Source: Eledone cirrhosa
Lineage: Eukaryota
DNA length: 64,000 nt
Direction: 5' to 3'
Assembly: GCA_964016885.1 (NCBI GenBank)
Contig: OZ024758.1
Coordinates: 124,001-188,000 of the forward strand
This document shows positions 9,886 through 24,803 of this stretch, one piece after another. A model generated the notes under the pieces. The model had not been told where the DNA came from and made no database searches. It saw nothing but the letters and a program-made list of their open reading frames with translations. Both the position numbers and the translations under genes were made by a program. Position 1 is the stretch's first letter; every line of letters begins with the position of its first letter.

Positions 9886-11864
9886 TCCACACTTGCTCCT
9901 TGTGGCTTCTGATGCAGACATCATGTCCGCCATCAGGTCCTTCCCAGCTAGCAGCTGCGGAGATGTTGATGGTCTCTGACCAGGCCTCCTCAAGGAGTTG
10001 ATATCTCCCCTCTCCGCTGAGGCCGGGCGCCGCCTTCTGAGTGCAATTGTGGCGCTCACCAATAGGCTCATCCATGGCGCCCTGGACTCTTATGCTCGAG
10101 GCCTCTTTTTTTCGGCCAGCCTCACCGCTCTCAGGAAGAAAGAGGATGGCATACGCCCCATTGCTGTGGGCAATGTCTTCCGGAGGCTGGCTGCCAAGGT
10201 AATCTGCAAGTCCGTAACACTCGGAACCGGCATCCAGGGCCTCCAGCCACCTCATTGTCAAGTTTGACATGAGGAATGCCTTCAACTCTTTACGCTGGGA
10301 TCATCTGCTCGAGGCCTGCCTCAGCCGAGCCCCCTCTGCCTACCTGTCATATGGAGCCCCAAGCATGCGCCATGCTGCTGATACGGTCATACCCTTGGCT
10401 ACTGGGATCCAACAGGGCAACCCTTTGGGACCCCTCCTGTTCACCCTTGGTATTGACCACATCGCCTGGAGTATAACGGCCCCTCTCAACGTTTGGTATC
10501 TGGATGATGCTACTTTGGGTGGGCCCGTACAGGCGGTCTGCCATGACCTTCAATCGGTGGTTCCTGCCCTGGCGGGAATCGACCTCCAGGTCAACTCAGC
10601 CAAGTCGGAGGTGGTGAATGTCAGCCTCGATGCTGCAAGCTTTGCAGTCTCCGTCTTGGACGTGCGGTCCATTCTCCGCCAGGTTCAGGTGACCCCCCAA
10701 AGAGGATGCCCTCACCGATCCACCCACCGGCCATCCGCTCCTCCATCAAGTCCAGACTCTCACGAGCCGACTGGGCTTGATTGATGGCCACCCAGTTCTC
10801 TTTCTGCTGAGGAACTGCTACGCCATGCCGAAGCTCCTCTATACACTCTGTGCTACACCTAAACTTGTATCCGAGCAGCAGCCGATGAGATATGCAACTT
10901 TACCTGTCAGGTATGGCGGCCTTCGCCTCCAGTCCCCGATCTCACTAGCTTTGCCGGCATATCTTTCGTCGGTAACCTCGTACCACGTCCTCTTCAGCAG
11001 GGTTCTTCAAAACACAACAGAACCCTCTGTGTTCAGAGAACGCGTGGCCGCCTGTGAGACGTGGCACCGGCTGGGACTTAGCCCAGTAGACGTTCCTCCT
11101 CCTTCTCCCCCTGTTGACGTCAAGTCCCCCCCAACACACTTGGGATGCCATCCAGTGCAGCCTGGCCTCAGACAGGCTCACGTGCCAGCTCGACCAGCAC
11201 CGCCTTGTTTGTTTTCGTGCAGCCTCCAAACCCCACAGTGGGGCCTGGCTCCATGCCCTGCCCTCCTTCTCCACTCGCACGCAGCTAGACAACAATAGCT
11301 TGCGCATCGGCGTTTCCCTGAGGCTCGGCCTCACACCAATGTCGCTGCCGTTCCACCATGGACTCTTTCGGCCTCCACCCGCAATCCACGCCATGCTGCC
11401 CTCAACGAAGTCATTAAGCATGGCTTGGACGCTGCAGGCTTCCCTTCCCAGCTCGAGGGGACGGCAAAAGGCTAGATGGCATGACCATCTTCCCGTTCCG
11501 CGGTGGCAAACCCCTCGTCTGGGATGCCACTTGCACCGACACTTTCTGCAGCCGCAACCTGGTGCAGTCTGCGACTGGCCCAGGTTCTGCTGCACGTCAG
11601 GCTGAGGGGGCCAAACTCCTCACATATCGTTCACTCTCCGACAGGTTTGCGGTCGTACCCCTGGAAGTGGAGACTTCTGGTGTCCTCGGCCCCAGGGCTA
11701 CCTCCTTACTCACCACCATAGGCGCTGAGCTGGCCAGCCGCAGGTGTGAGCCCCGCGAGTTGGAGTGGCTTTTCCAGCGCGTCTCCCTTGCCGTGCTCCG
11801 GGGAAACGCCTTCTCCATTCTGTCCGCCGGGGCTGTGGGTGGGTCCCATCGCGTACCGTTATGA
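9886..11864 (+). mobile_element. CRE-like element copy 2 (A)
   Basis: Near-identical to 3985-5963. Confidence 0.88.
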
Positions 11865-12858
11865 ATGTATACAAAACAACTAAATCTCTTAAATAACTTC
11901 ACTTATATCCAAAACATGATTTGTATATACATCAACAGTGACTCATTATTATACGCCAGTCACGACCCACTGCAAAAACGATATCTATATAACAACCCCA
12001 CCGTAAAACTACTCTTCCCCACTTTACAAACACTTTATATTATTTGTCATTAAGGTTTCTTAAAATAAATATATATACGTATGTGTAGTAATTAGTACGG
12101 AGACTGAGAGAGAAGGGGCGAGTGTGTCTTCATGGAGGGCACATGGGACCAGCAAAGTCCTAAAAGTAGAGACCAGTAAATGAGATAAGGTCCTAGCTAT
12201 GTTAAGAATATAAATAAGAAACATGTTCTATACATTTAAGAAGACAAGAGAAACATGTTCTAAACATTTAAGAAATAATTATTTACCTCTTTCATGTCGG
12301 TAATATAGCGGTGTTATAAAACTAATTATAACGACCGGTGTTAAAATAGAGAGAGATAGACAGATAAATGTGTGTCACACTCTCACCCTCTCTTTAAATC
12401 TTTTACACTATCTAACTCGTACTTCTCACACTCTCTTTAAATCTTTTACTCTATCTACCTCTCATTTCTATCTGTGTATGTATGTATGTATCTGTCTATG
12501 TGTAACTCGGTGTACTGGAGCAATATGAAGTGAAGTGTCTTGCTCAAGAAGACATTTTGTGGAGTTATATCATCGTTTCTTGTTATAAAGCTACTTATAC
12601 TACCGGCGTAACAGTGGCTATAGGTGATAGATGTAGAAATAAAAGGCTGTAACAGCGATATAAATATAGATGAAATAGTTTACCACGAGACTAAGAATGA
12701 ATGTTTAATGGAATTAAGTGTAATCTAATAGGAAATAAGAGGCTAGAGCAGCGAAATGTTTACGTAAAATAAAAGAACAACAAACAAGAGTGCAACATTG
12801 AAATTTTTTTTTTTTTTTTGTCGATATAAGCGTTATTTTATGCGCGATTTGCCTTGCT

Positions 12859-12971
12859 GCCGGCGCTGCTCAGTCAGTAACAGCCCCGCTTACGAACTTC
12901 AGGAGCCAACGACTTTACATGGTTCGAATCTCACCCTCTCCGCTCTTGTCGAGTTATCTCCTACTCTTTTT
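12859..12971 (+). ncRNA. Candidate Pol III-like unit copy 2
   Basis: As 6958-7070. Confidence 0.4.
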
Positions 12972-13694
12972 ACTTAGTTCCAGGTCATTAAAATAAAGCA
13001 AAGAGGGCGCGGCGATCGGCATATGCACTGGCTACAATGTTGAACTTTGGTACTGACTGCGTAGTTGAACGTTCCACATACCAACCGCCCAACTGGCCAG
13101 TCAACCGCATATGCGGCTGGCTGGCCGGTTGGGTAGTTGGCATATGTACTGGCTACCATGCTGAACATTGTACTGACTGTCAAGTTGAACGTTCTAACCC
13201 TCTCTTTACATCTATTACTCTATCTACCGCTTATTTCTCCCCCTCTCTTTACTTCTATAACTCTATCTCCCACTCTCTTTACATCTATTACAGTGTCTCC
13301 CTGTATATATACACGTATATATGCACTAGATTTTATAAGAAATCTACGTAATAATATAATTAACAATAGTTGATGAATTAGACCAGAGTTAATTAAACAA
13401 TAAATATGAATGAAATAGCAGTAGATGGCGAAACTTGAGTGTTGTGTGTGCATACATATATATGAGGTAAACTGGTTCAAATACTGTCAGGATTATATTG
13501 GATCAAAGACTGTAATAAATAGAAAGTAAAAAATGAAGTGAAAATATAAAAACAAACTGAAAATTTCCCCATCCCTAGAAAAATTCATATCTTGTTATAT
13601 ATAGATAATTGGCGCTTTAAATTGAATAAATATTCATTTATATATATATGTACACTGATATATATGTGTGTATATATATATGTGTATATATATA

Positions 13695-13750
<56 letters not shown>

Positions 13751-13751
<1 letters not shown>

Positions 13752-14301
13752 ACTTCATCATACGTCCGCTTTTCCATGCTTGCAAGGGTGGGGTGGGAGC
13801 TGATTCTGGATTGGTTTCTGCAGCTGGGTGCCCTTCCCGACGCCAACCCCGTTTGCAGTGAGTGCTGGGTGCTTTTTTTTTTCCGTGGCACCTCCACGTC
13901 AGCTTTACAGTGTGGGCTGGGTGCTTTTTTGCCGCGGCGCCTCCACGACCACTTTGCGGTGGGGTGGTGGGGTGGTATGTGTATACCCAGCCCATTGTCA
14001 TTTGCCACACAGAAAAGCTTATAGCATCGTTCTTTACCCACGATGAATCTAGCAGACCCACCCCTCCACCTGGTCTCTTGAATACAACAAACATCGACCT
14101 CCTTACGTTCAAGCATTTCTACAACCTCGTTAGAGCCACCCTATAAGGTGCCTACATTAATGGTACCAACTCTGAAGTTTTGGATTGCGTTTGGAGGTTG
14201 GGAGCGGTGGGGAGCGGGGATGGGGTTAGGGTTAGCCATCCGCGGCCGAAACAAAGAGGAGGAGCCCTTGCATTCTCGTCCATGAGGTGGATTTGTCTTT
14301 A
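13751..14301 (-). mobile_element. RTE derivative copy 2
   Basis: As 7850-8400. Confidence 0.8.
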
Positions 14302-14787
14302 TGTATGTATATGTATATATGTATGTATGTGTGTGTATGTATGTATATGTATATATGAGTGTATATGTGTATATGTATGTATATGTATGTGTATGTATGT
14401 GTATATATGTGTATATGTATGTGTTTGTATATATGTGTGTGTATGTATATATGTGTGTGTATGTATATATATATATGTATGTATGTGTATATGTATGTAT
14501 ATGTATGTATGTGTATATGTATATATGTGTGTATGTATGTATATATGTATGTATGTGTATATATGTATGTATGTATATGTATATATACGTGTGTATATGT
14601 ATATATACTTATGTGTATATGCTTATGTATGTGTATGTATGTATATTTATATTATGTATATATATATATCTATGTATGTATATGTATGTATATGTGTATG
14701 TATGTGTATGTATGTATGTGTATATATGTATGTATGTATATATATATGTATGTATATGTGTATGTATATGTATATGTATATGTATAT

Positions 14788-15141
14788 GGAGGCACATGGC
14801 TTAGTGGTTCGAGCATTGGCCTGGCAATCGAAAAGTTGTGAGTTCAATTCTCAGACCGGGTGATGTGTTGTTTCCTTGAGCAAGACACTTTATTTCACAT
14901 TGCTCCAGTTTACTCAGCTGTAGAAATGAGATGATAGGGACTGGGGTCCATATCATTCCACTGCAAAGTGGTCGTGGAGGTGCCACGGCAAAAAAGCACT
15001 CAGCACTCACTGTAAATGAGGTTGGTGTTAGGAAGGGCATCCAGCTGTAGAAATCAAGCCAGAATCAGTTCCCGTCCCACCCTTACAAGCAGGGAAAAAG
15101 CGGACTTAAAACGAAATGATGATGATGATGATGATGATGAT
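14788..15141 (+). mobile_element. SINE copy
   Basis: As 2975-3343. Confidence 0.85.
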
Positions 15142-15786
15142 GTATGTATGTATGTGTATATGTATGTATGTATGTATGTATATGTATGTATGTGTATGAG
15201 ATGCAGTTTGGTTTTGTGCCGCTGAAAAGTGCAACAGATGCCCTCTTCTTAGTGAGACAACTACAAAAGAGGTTCTTAGAGAAAAATAAGCCACTATACT
15301 TAGCTTTGGACATAGAGAAGGCTTTTGATAGAGAACTCTTATAAATGACAACATATATATATGTGTGTGTATATATATGTTTTTTTTAAAACTATATATT
15401 TATTACTCCCTTAAGCAGAAGAAATATATTCCCAGATATCGAAGATTACCACAATAACTAGGGAGCGGAAATCAATAGATGCTGGACATTGCTGCTGAGG
15501 GTAGGATGACCTGATGAGCTGGCTCCTGTGGTGGATACCTAAACATAGTAAGAGCCAAGTGGGATGACTGAGGTTCACCTACATACATCAGATGTCTCTG
15601 GATCTCCAGCTGGAGATTAATGATCTCAGGAATGCCATGAAAAATCGTGACATCTAAAAAAGAAGAGTAGAATTGTTCTGGCCAATCCACCTGACCTAAT
15701 AAACAATAATAATATTAATATATATTGATGAAAATTAATTATGGTGAAATATCTTAGAAATCATTCTCAGAGGTTTTGTATTGTAA

Positions 15787-17765
15787 TCCACACTTGCTCC
15801 TTGTGGCTTCTGATGCAGACATCATGTCCGCCATCAGGTCCTTCCCAGCTAGCAGCTGCGGAGATGTTGATGGTCTCTGACCAGGCCTCCTCAAGGAGTT
15901 GATATCTCCCCTCTCCGCTGAGGCCGGGCGCCGCCTTCTGAGTGCAATTGTGGCGCTCACCAATAGGCTCATCCATGGCGCCCTGGACTCTTATGCTCGA
16001 GGCCTCTTTTTTTCGGCCAGCCTCACCGCTCTCAGGAAGAAAGAGGATGGCATACGCCCCATTGCTGTGGGCAATGTCTTCCGGAGGCTGGCTGCCAAGG
16101 TAATCTGCAAGTCCGTAACACTCGGAACCGGCATCCAGGGCCTCCAGCCACCTCATTGTCAAGTTTGACATGAGGAATGCCTTCAACTCTTTACGCTGGG
16201 ATCATCTGCTCGAGGCCTGCCTCAGCCGAGCCCCCTCTGCCTACCTGTCATATGGAGCCCCAAGCATGCGCCATGCTGCTGATACGGTCATACCCTTGGC
16301 TACTGGGATCCAACAGGGCAACCCTTTGGGACCCCTCCTGTTCACCCTTGGTATTGACCACATCGCCTGGAGTATAACGGCCCCTCTCAACGTTTGGTAT
16401 CTGGATGATGCTACTTTGGGTGGGCCCGTACAGGCGGTCTGCCATGACCTTCAATCGGTGGTTCCTGCCCTGGCGGGAATCGACCTCCAGGTCAACTCAG
16501 CCAAGTCGGAGGTGGTGAATGTCAGCCTCGATGCTGCAAGCTTTGCAGTCTCCGTCTTGGACGTGCGGTCCATTCTCCGCCAGGTTCAGGTGACCCCCCA
16601 AAGAGGATGCCCTCACCGATCCACCCGCCGGCCATCCGCTCCTCCATCAAGTCCAGACTCTCACGAGCCGACTGGGCTTGATTGATGGCCACCCAGTTCT
16701 CTTTCTGCTGAGGAACTGCTACGCCATGCCGAAGCTCCTCTATACACTCTGTGCTACACCTAAACTTGTATCCGAGCAGCAGCCGATGAGATATGCAACT
16801 TTACCTGTCAGGTATGGCGGCCTTCGCCTCCAGTCCCCGATCTCACTAGCTTTGCCGGCATATCTTTCGTCGGTAACCTCGTACCACGTCCTCTTCAGCA
16901 GGGTTCTTCAAAACACAACAGAACCCTCTGTGTTCAGAGAACGCGTGGCCGCCTGTGAGACGTGGCACCGGCTGGGACTTAGCCCAGTAGACGTTCCTCC
17001 TCCTTCTCCCCCTGTTGACGTCAAGTCCCCCCCAACACACTTGGGATGCCATCCAGTGCAGCCTGGCCTCAGACAGGCTCACGTGCCAGCTCGACCAGCA
17101 CCGCCTTGTTTGTTTTCGTGCAGCCTCCAAACCCCACAGTGGGGCCTGGCTCCATGCCCTGCCCTCCTTCTCCACTCGCACGCAGCTAGACAACAATAGC
17201 TTGCGCATCGGCGTTTCCCTGAGGCTCGGCCTCACACCAATGTCGCTGCCGTTCCACCATGGACTCTTTCGGCCTCCACCCGCAATCCACGCCATGCTGC
17301 CCTCAACGAAGTCATTAAGCATGGCTTGGACGCTGCAGGCTTCCCTTCCCAGCTCGAGGGGACGGCAAAAGGCTAGATGGCATGACCATCTTCCCGTTCC
17401 GCGGTGGCAAACCCCTCGTCTGGGATGCCACTTGCACCGACACTTTCTGCAGCCGCAACCTGGTGCAGTCTGCGACTGGCCCAGGTTCTGCTGCACGTCA
17501 GGCTGAGGGGGCCAAACTCCTCACATATCGTTCACTCTCCGACAGGTTTGCGGTCGTACCCCTGGAAGTGGAGACTTCTGGTGTCCTCGGCCCCAGGGCT
17601 ACCTCCTTACTCACCACCATAGGCGCTGAGCTGGCCAGCCGCAGGTGTGAGCCCCGCGAGTTGGAGTGGCTTTTCCAGCGCGTCTCCCTTGCCGTGCTCC
17701 GGGGAAACGCCTTCTCCATTCTGTCCGCCGGGGCTGTGGGTGGGTCCCATCGCGTACCGTTATGA
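15787..17765 (+). mobile_element. CRE-like element copy 3 (A)
   Basis: Near-identical to 3985-5963. Confidence 0.88.
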
Positions 17766-18760
17766 ATGTATACAAAACAACTAAATCTCTTAAATAACTT
17801 CACTTATATCCAAAACATGATTTGTATATACATCAACAGTGACTCATTATTATACGCCAGTCACGACCCCACTGCAAAAACGATATCTATATAACAACCC
17901 CACCGTAAAACTACTCTTCCCCACTTTACAAACACTTTATATTATTTGTCATTAAGGTTTCTTAAAATAAATATATATACGTATGTGTAGTAATTAGTAC
18001 GGAGACTGAGAGAGAAGGGGCGAGTGTGTCTTCATGGAGGGCACATGGGACCAGCAAAGCCCTAAAAGTAGAGACCAGTAAATGAGATAAGGTCCTAGCT
18101 ATGTTAAGAATATAAATAAGAAACATGTTCTATACATTTAAGAAGACAAGAGAAACATGTTCTAAACATTTAAGAAATAATTATTTACCTCTTTCATGTC
18201 GGTAATATAGCGGTGTTATAAAACTAATTATAACGACCGGTGTTAAAATAGAGAGAGATAGACAGATAAATGTGTGTCACACTCTCACCCTCTCTTTAAA
18301 TCTTTTACACTATCTAACTCGTACTTCTCACACTCTCTTTAAATCTTTTACTCTATCTACTTCTCATTTCTATCTGTGTATGTATGTATGTATCTGTCTA
18401 TGTGTAACTCGGTGTACTGGAGCAATATGAAGTGAAGTGTCTTGCTCAAGAAGACATTTTGTGGAGTTATATCATCGTTTCTTGTTATAAAGCTACTTAT
18501 ACTACCGGCGTAACAGTGGCTATAGGTGATAGATGTAGAAATAAAAGGCTGTAACAGCGATATAAATATAGATGAAATAGTTTACCACGAGACTAAGAAT
18601 GAATGTTTAATGGAATTAAGTGTAATCTAATAGGAAATAAGAGGCTAGAGCAGCGAAATGTTTACGTAAAATAAAAGAACAACAAACAAGAGTGCAACAT
18701 TGAAATTTTTTTTTTTTTTTTGTCGATATAAGCGTTATTTTATGCGCGATTTGCCTTGCT

Positions 18761-18873
18761 GCCGGCGCTGCTCAGTCAGTAGCAGCCCCGCTTACGAACT
18801 TCAGGAGCCAACGACTTTACATGGTTCGAATCTCACCCTCTCCGCTCTTGTCGAGTTATCTCCTACTCTTTTT
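18761..18873 (+). ncRNA. Candidate Pol III-like unit copy 3
   Basis: As 6958-7070. Confidence 0.4.
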
Positions 18874-19540
18874 ACTTAGTTCCAGGTCATTAAAATAGAG
18901 CAAAGAGGGCGCGGCGATCGGCATATGCACTGGCTACAATGTTGAACTTTGGTACTGACTGCGTAGTTGAACGTTCCACATACCAACCGCCCAACTGGCC
19001 AGTCAACCGCATATGCGGCTGGCTGGCCGGTTGGGTAGTTGGCATATGTACTGGCTACCATGCTGAACATTGTACTGACTGTCAAGTTGAACGTTCTAAC
19101 CCTCTCTTTACATCTATTACTCTATCTACCGCTTATTTCTCCCCCTCTCTTTACTTCTATAACTCTATCTCCCACTCTCTTTACATCTATTACAGTGTCT
19201 CCCTGTATATATACACGTATATATGCACTAGATTTTATAAGAAATCTACGTAATAATATAATTAACAATAGTTGATGAATTAGACCAGAGTTAATTAAAC
19301 AATAAATATGAATGAAATAGCAGTAGATGGCGAAACTTGAGTGTTGTGTGTGCATACATATATATGAGGTAAACTGGTTCAAATACTGTCAGGATTATAT
19401 TGGATCAAAGACTGTATTAAATAGAAAGTAAAAAATGAAGTGAAAATATAAAAACAAACTGAAAATTTCCCCATCCCTAGAAAAATTCATATCTTGTTAT
19501 ATATAGATAATTGGCGCTTTAAATTGAATAAATATTCATT

Positions 19541-19571
<31 letters not shown>

Positions 19572-19616
19572 GTACACTGATATATATGTGTGTATATATA
19601 TATGTGTATATATATA

Positions 19617-19671
<55 letters not shown>

Positions 19672-19673
<2 letters not shown>

Positions 19674-20233
19674 ACTTCATCATACGTCCGCTTTTCCATG
19701 CTTGCAAGGGTGGGGTGGGAGCTGATTCTGGATTGGTTTCTACAGCTGGGTGCCCTTCCTGACGCCAACCCCGTTTGCAGTGAGTGCTGGGTGCTTTTTT
19801 TTTTCCGTGGCACCTCCACGTCAGCTTTACAGTGTGGGCTGGGTGCTTTTTTGCCGCGGCGCCTCCACGACCACTTTGCGGTGGGGTGGTGGGGTGGTAT
19901 GTGTATACCCAGCCCATTGTCATTTGCCACACAGAAAAGCTTATAGCATCGTTCTTTACCCACGATGAATCTAGCAGACCCACCCCTCCACCTGGTCTCT
20001 TGAATACAACAAACATCGACCTCCTTACGTTCAAGCATTTCTACAACCTCGTTAGAGCCACCCTATAAGGTGCCTACATTAATGGTACCAACTCTGAAGT
20101 TTTGGATTGCGTTTGGAGGTTGGGAGCGGTGGGGAGCGGTGGGGAGCGGGGATGGGGTTAGGGTTAGCCATCCGCGGCCGAAACAAAGAGGAGGAGCCCT
20201 TGCATTCTCGTCCATGAGGTGGATTTGTCTTTA
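19672..20233 (-). mobile_element. RTE derivative copy 3
   Basis: As 7850-8400; 10-bp duplication in the G-rich tract. Confidence 0.8.
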
Positions 20234-20719
20234 TGTATGTATATGTATATATGTATGTATGTGTGTGTATGTATGTATATGTATATATGAGTGTATATGT
20301 GTATATGTATGTATATGTATGTGTATGTATGTGTATATATGTGTATATGTATGTGTTTGTATATATGTGTGTGTATGTATATATGTGTGTGTATGTATAT
20401 ATATATATGTATGTATGTGTATATGTATGTATATGTATGTATGTGTATATGTATATATGTGTGTATGTATGTATATATGTATGTATGTGTATATATGTAT
20501 GTATGTATATGTATATATACGTGTGTATATGTATATATACTTATGTGTATATGCTTATGTATGTGTATGTATGTATATTTATATTATGTATATATATATA
20601 TCTATGTATGTATATGTATGTATATGTGTATGTATGTGTATGTATGTATGTGTATATATGTATGTATGTATATATATATGTATGTATATGTATGTGTATG
20701 TATATGTATATGTATATGT

Positions 20720-21071
20720 AGGCACATGGCTTAGTGGTTCGAGCATTGGCCTGGCAATCGAAAAGTTGTGAGTTCAATTCTCAGACCGGGTGATGTGTTG
20801 TTTCCTTGAGCAAGACACTTTATTTCACATTGCTCCAGTTTACTCAGCTGTAGAAATGAGATGATAGGGACTGGGGTCCATATCATTCCACTGCAAAGTG
20901 GTCGTGGAGGTGCCACGGCAAAAAAGCACTCAGCACTCACTGTAAATGAGGTTGGTGTTAGGAAGGGCATCCAGCTGTAGAAATCAAGCCAGAATCAGTT
21001 CCCGTCCCACCCTTACAAGCAGGGAAAAAGCGGACTTAAAACGAAATGATGATGATGATGATGATGATGAT
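20720..21071 (+). mobile_element. SINE copy (first bases lost)
   Basis: As 2975-3343. Confidence 0.85.
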
Positions 21072-21716
21072 GTATGTATGTATGTGTATATGTATGTATG
21101 TATGTATGTATATGTATGTATGTGTATGAGATGCAGTTTGGTTTTGTGCCGCTGAAAAGTGCAACAGATGCCCTCTTCTTAGTGAGACAACTACAAAAGA
21201 GGTTCTTAGAGAAAAATAAGCCACTATACTTAGCTTTGGACATAGAGAAGGCTTTTGATAGAGAACTCTTATAAATGACAACATATATATATGTGTGTGT
21301 ATATATATGTTTTTTTTAAAACTATATATTTATTACTCCCTTAAGCAGAAGAAATATATTCCCAGATATCGAAGATTACCACAATAACTAGGGAGCGGAA
21401 ATCAATAGATGCTGGACATTGCTGCTGGGGGTAGGATGACCTGATGAGCTGGCTCCTGTGGTGGATACCTAAACATAGTAAGAGCCAAGTGGGATGACTG
21501 AGGTTCACCTACATACATCAGATGTCTCTGGATCTCCAGCTGGAGATTAATGATCTCAGGAATGCCATGAAAAATCGTGACATCTAAAAAAGAAGAGTAG
21601 AATTGTTCTGGCCAATCCACCTGACCTAATAAACAATAATAATATTAATATATATTGATGAAAATTAATTATGGTGAAATATCTTAGAAATCATTCTCAG
21701 AGGTTTTGTATTGTAA

Positions 21717-23695
21717 TCCACACTTGCTCCTTGTGGCTTCTGATGCAGACATCATGTCCGCCATCAGGTCCTTCCCAGCTAGCAGCTGCGGAGATGTTGA
21801 TGGTCTCTGACCAGGCCTCCTCAAGGAGTTGATATCTCCCCTCTCCGCTGAGGCCGGGCGCCGCCTTCTGAGTGCAATTGTGGCGCTCACCAATAGGCTC
21901 ATCCATGGCGCCCTGGACTCTTATGCTCGAGGCCTCTTTTTTTCGGCCAGCCTCACCGCTCTCAGGAAGAAAGAGGATGGCATACGCCCCATTGCTGTGG
22001 GCAATGTCTTCCGGAGGCTGGCTGCCAAGGTAATCTGCAAGTCCGTAACACTCGGAACCGGTATCCAGGGCCTCCAGCCACCTCATTGTCAAGTTTGACA
22101 TGAGGAATGCCTTCAACTCTTTACGCTGGGATCATCTGCTCGAGGCCTGCCTCAGCCGAGCCCCCTCTGCCTACCTGTCATATGGAGCCCCAAGCATGCG
22201 CCATGCTGCTGATACGGTCATACCCTTGGCTACTGGGATCCAACAGGGCAACCCTTTGGGACCCCTCCTGTTCACCCTTGGTATTGACCACATCGCCTGG
22301 AGTATAACGGCCCCTCTCAACGTTTGGTATCTGGATGATGCTACTTTGGGTGGGCCCGTACAGGCGGTCTGCCATGACCTTCAATCGGTGGTTCCTGCCC
22401 TGGCGGGAATCGACCTCCAGGTCAACTCAGCCAAGTCGGAGGTGGTGAATGTCAGCCTCGATGCTGCAAGCTTTGCAGTCTCCGTCTTGGACGTGCGGTC
22501 CATTCTCCGCCAGGTTCAGGTGACCCCCCAAAGAGGATGCCCTCACCGATCCACCCGCCGGCCATCCGCTCCTCCATCAAGTCCAGACTCTCACGAGCCG
22601 ACTGGGCTTGATTGATGGCCACCCAGTTCTCTTTCTGCTGAGGAACTGCTACGCCATGCCGAAGCTCCTCTATACACTCTGTGCTACACCTAAACTTGTA
22701 TCCGAGCAGCAGCCGATGAGATATGCAACTTTACCTGTCAGGTATGGCGGCCTTCGCCTCCAGTCCCCGATCCCACTAGCTTTGCCGGCATATCTTTCGT
22801 CGGTAACCTCGTACCACGTCCTCTTCAGCAGGGTTCTTCAAAACACAACAGAACCCTCTGTGTTCAGAGAACGCCTGGCCGCCTGTGAGACGTGGCACCG
22901 GCTGGGACTTAGCCCAGTAGACGTTCCTCCTCCTTCTCCCCCTGTTGACGTCAAGTCCCCCCCAACACACTTGGGATGCCATCCAGTGCAGCCTGGCCTC
23001 AGACAGGCTCACGTGCCAGCTCGACCAGCACCGCCTTGTTTGTTTTCGTGCAGCCTCCAAACCCCACAGTGGGGCCTGGCTCCATGCCCTGCCCTCCTTC
23101 TCCACTCGCACGCAGCTAGACAACAATAGCTTGCGCATCGGCGTTTCCCTGAGGCTCGGCCTCACACCAATGTCGCTGCCGTTCCACCATGGACTCTTTC
23201 GGCCTCCACCCGCAATCCACGCCATGCTGCCCTCAACGAAGTCATTAAGCATGGCTTGGACGCTGCAGGCTTCCCTTCCCAGCTCGAGGGGACGGCAAAA
23301 GGCTAGATGGCATGACCATCTTCCCGTTCCGCGGTGGCAAACCCCTCGTCTGGGATGCCACTTGCACCGACACTTTCTGCAGCCGCAACCTGGTGCAGTC
23401 TGCGACTGGCCCAGGTTCTGCTGCACGTCAGGCTGAGGGGGCCAAACTCCTCACATATCGTTCACTCTCCGACAGGTTTGCGGTCGTACCCCTGGAAGTG
23501 GAGACTTCTGGTGTCCTCGGCCCCAGGGCTACCTCCTTACTCACCACCATAGGCGCTGAGCTGGCCAGCCGCAGGTGTGAGCCCCGCGAGTTGGAGTGGC
23601 TTTTCCAGCGCGTCTCCCTTGCCGTGCTCCGGGGAAACGCCTTCTCCATTCTGTCCGCCGGGGCTGTGGGTGGGTCCCATCGCGTACCGTTATGA
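21717..23695 (+). mobile_element. CRE-like element copy 4 (A)
   Basis: Near-identical to 3985-5963. Confidence 0.88.
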
Positions 23696-24690
23696 ATGTA
23701 TACAAAACAACTAAATCTCTTAAATAACTTCACTTATATCCAAAACATGATTTGTATATACATCAACAGTGACTCATTATTATACGCCAGTCACGACCCC
23801 ACTGCAAAAACGATATCTATATAACAACCCCACCGTAAAACTACTCTTCCCCACTTTACAAACACTTTATATTATTTGTCATTAAGGTTTCTTAAAATAA
23901 ATATATATACGTATGTGTAGTAATTAGTACGGAGACTGAGAGAGAAGGGGCGAGTGTGTCTTCATGGAGGGCACATGGGACCAGCAAAGTCCTAAAAGTA
24001 GAGACCAGTAAATGAGATAAGGTCCTAGCTATGTTAAGAATATAAATAAGAAACATGTTCTATACATTTAAGAAGACAAGAGAAACATGTTCTAAACATT
24101 TAAGAAATAATTATTTACCTCTTTCATGTCGGTAATATAGCGGTGTTATAAAACTAATTATAACGACCGGTGTTAAAATAGAGAGAGATAGACAGATAAA
24201 TGTGTGTCACACTCTCACCCTCTCTTTAAATCTTTTACACTATCTAACTCGTACTTCTCACACTCTCTTTAAATCTTTTACTCTATCTACCTCTCATTTC
24301 TATCTGTGTATGTATGTATGTATCTGTCTATGTGTAACTCGGTGTACTGGAGCAATATGAAGTGAAGTGTCTTGCTCAAGAAGACATTTTGTGGAGTTAT
24401 ATCATCGTTTCTTGTTATAAAGCTACTTATACTACCGGCGTAACAGTGGCTATAGGTGATAGATGTAGAAATAAAAGGCTGTAACAGCGATATAAATATA
24501 GATGAAATAGTTTACCACGAGACTAAGAATGAATGTTTAATGGAATTAAGTGTAATCTAATAGGAAATAAGAGGCTAGAGCAGCGAAATGTTTACGTAAA
24601 ATAAAAGAACAACAAACAAGAGTGCAACATTGAAATTTTTTTTTTTTTTTTGTCGATATAAGCGTTATTTTATGCGCGATTTGCCTTGCT

Positions 24691-24803
24691 GCCGGCGCTG
24701 CTCAGTCAGTAGCAGCCCCGCTTACGAACTTCAGGAGCCAACGACTTTACATGGTTCGAATCTCACCCTCTCCGCTCTTGTCGAGTTATCTCCTACTCTT
24801 TTT
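24691..24803 (+). ncRNA. Candidate Pol III-like unit copy 4
   Basis: As 6958-7070. Confidence 0.4.
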
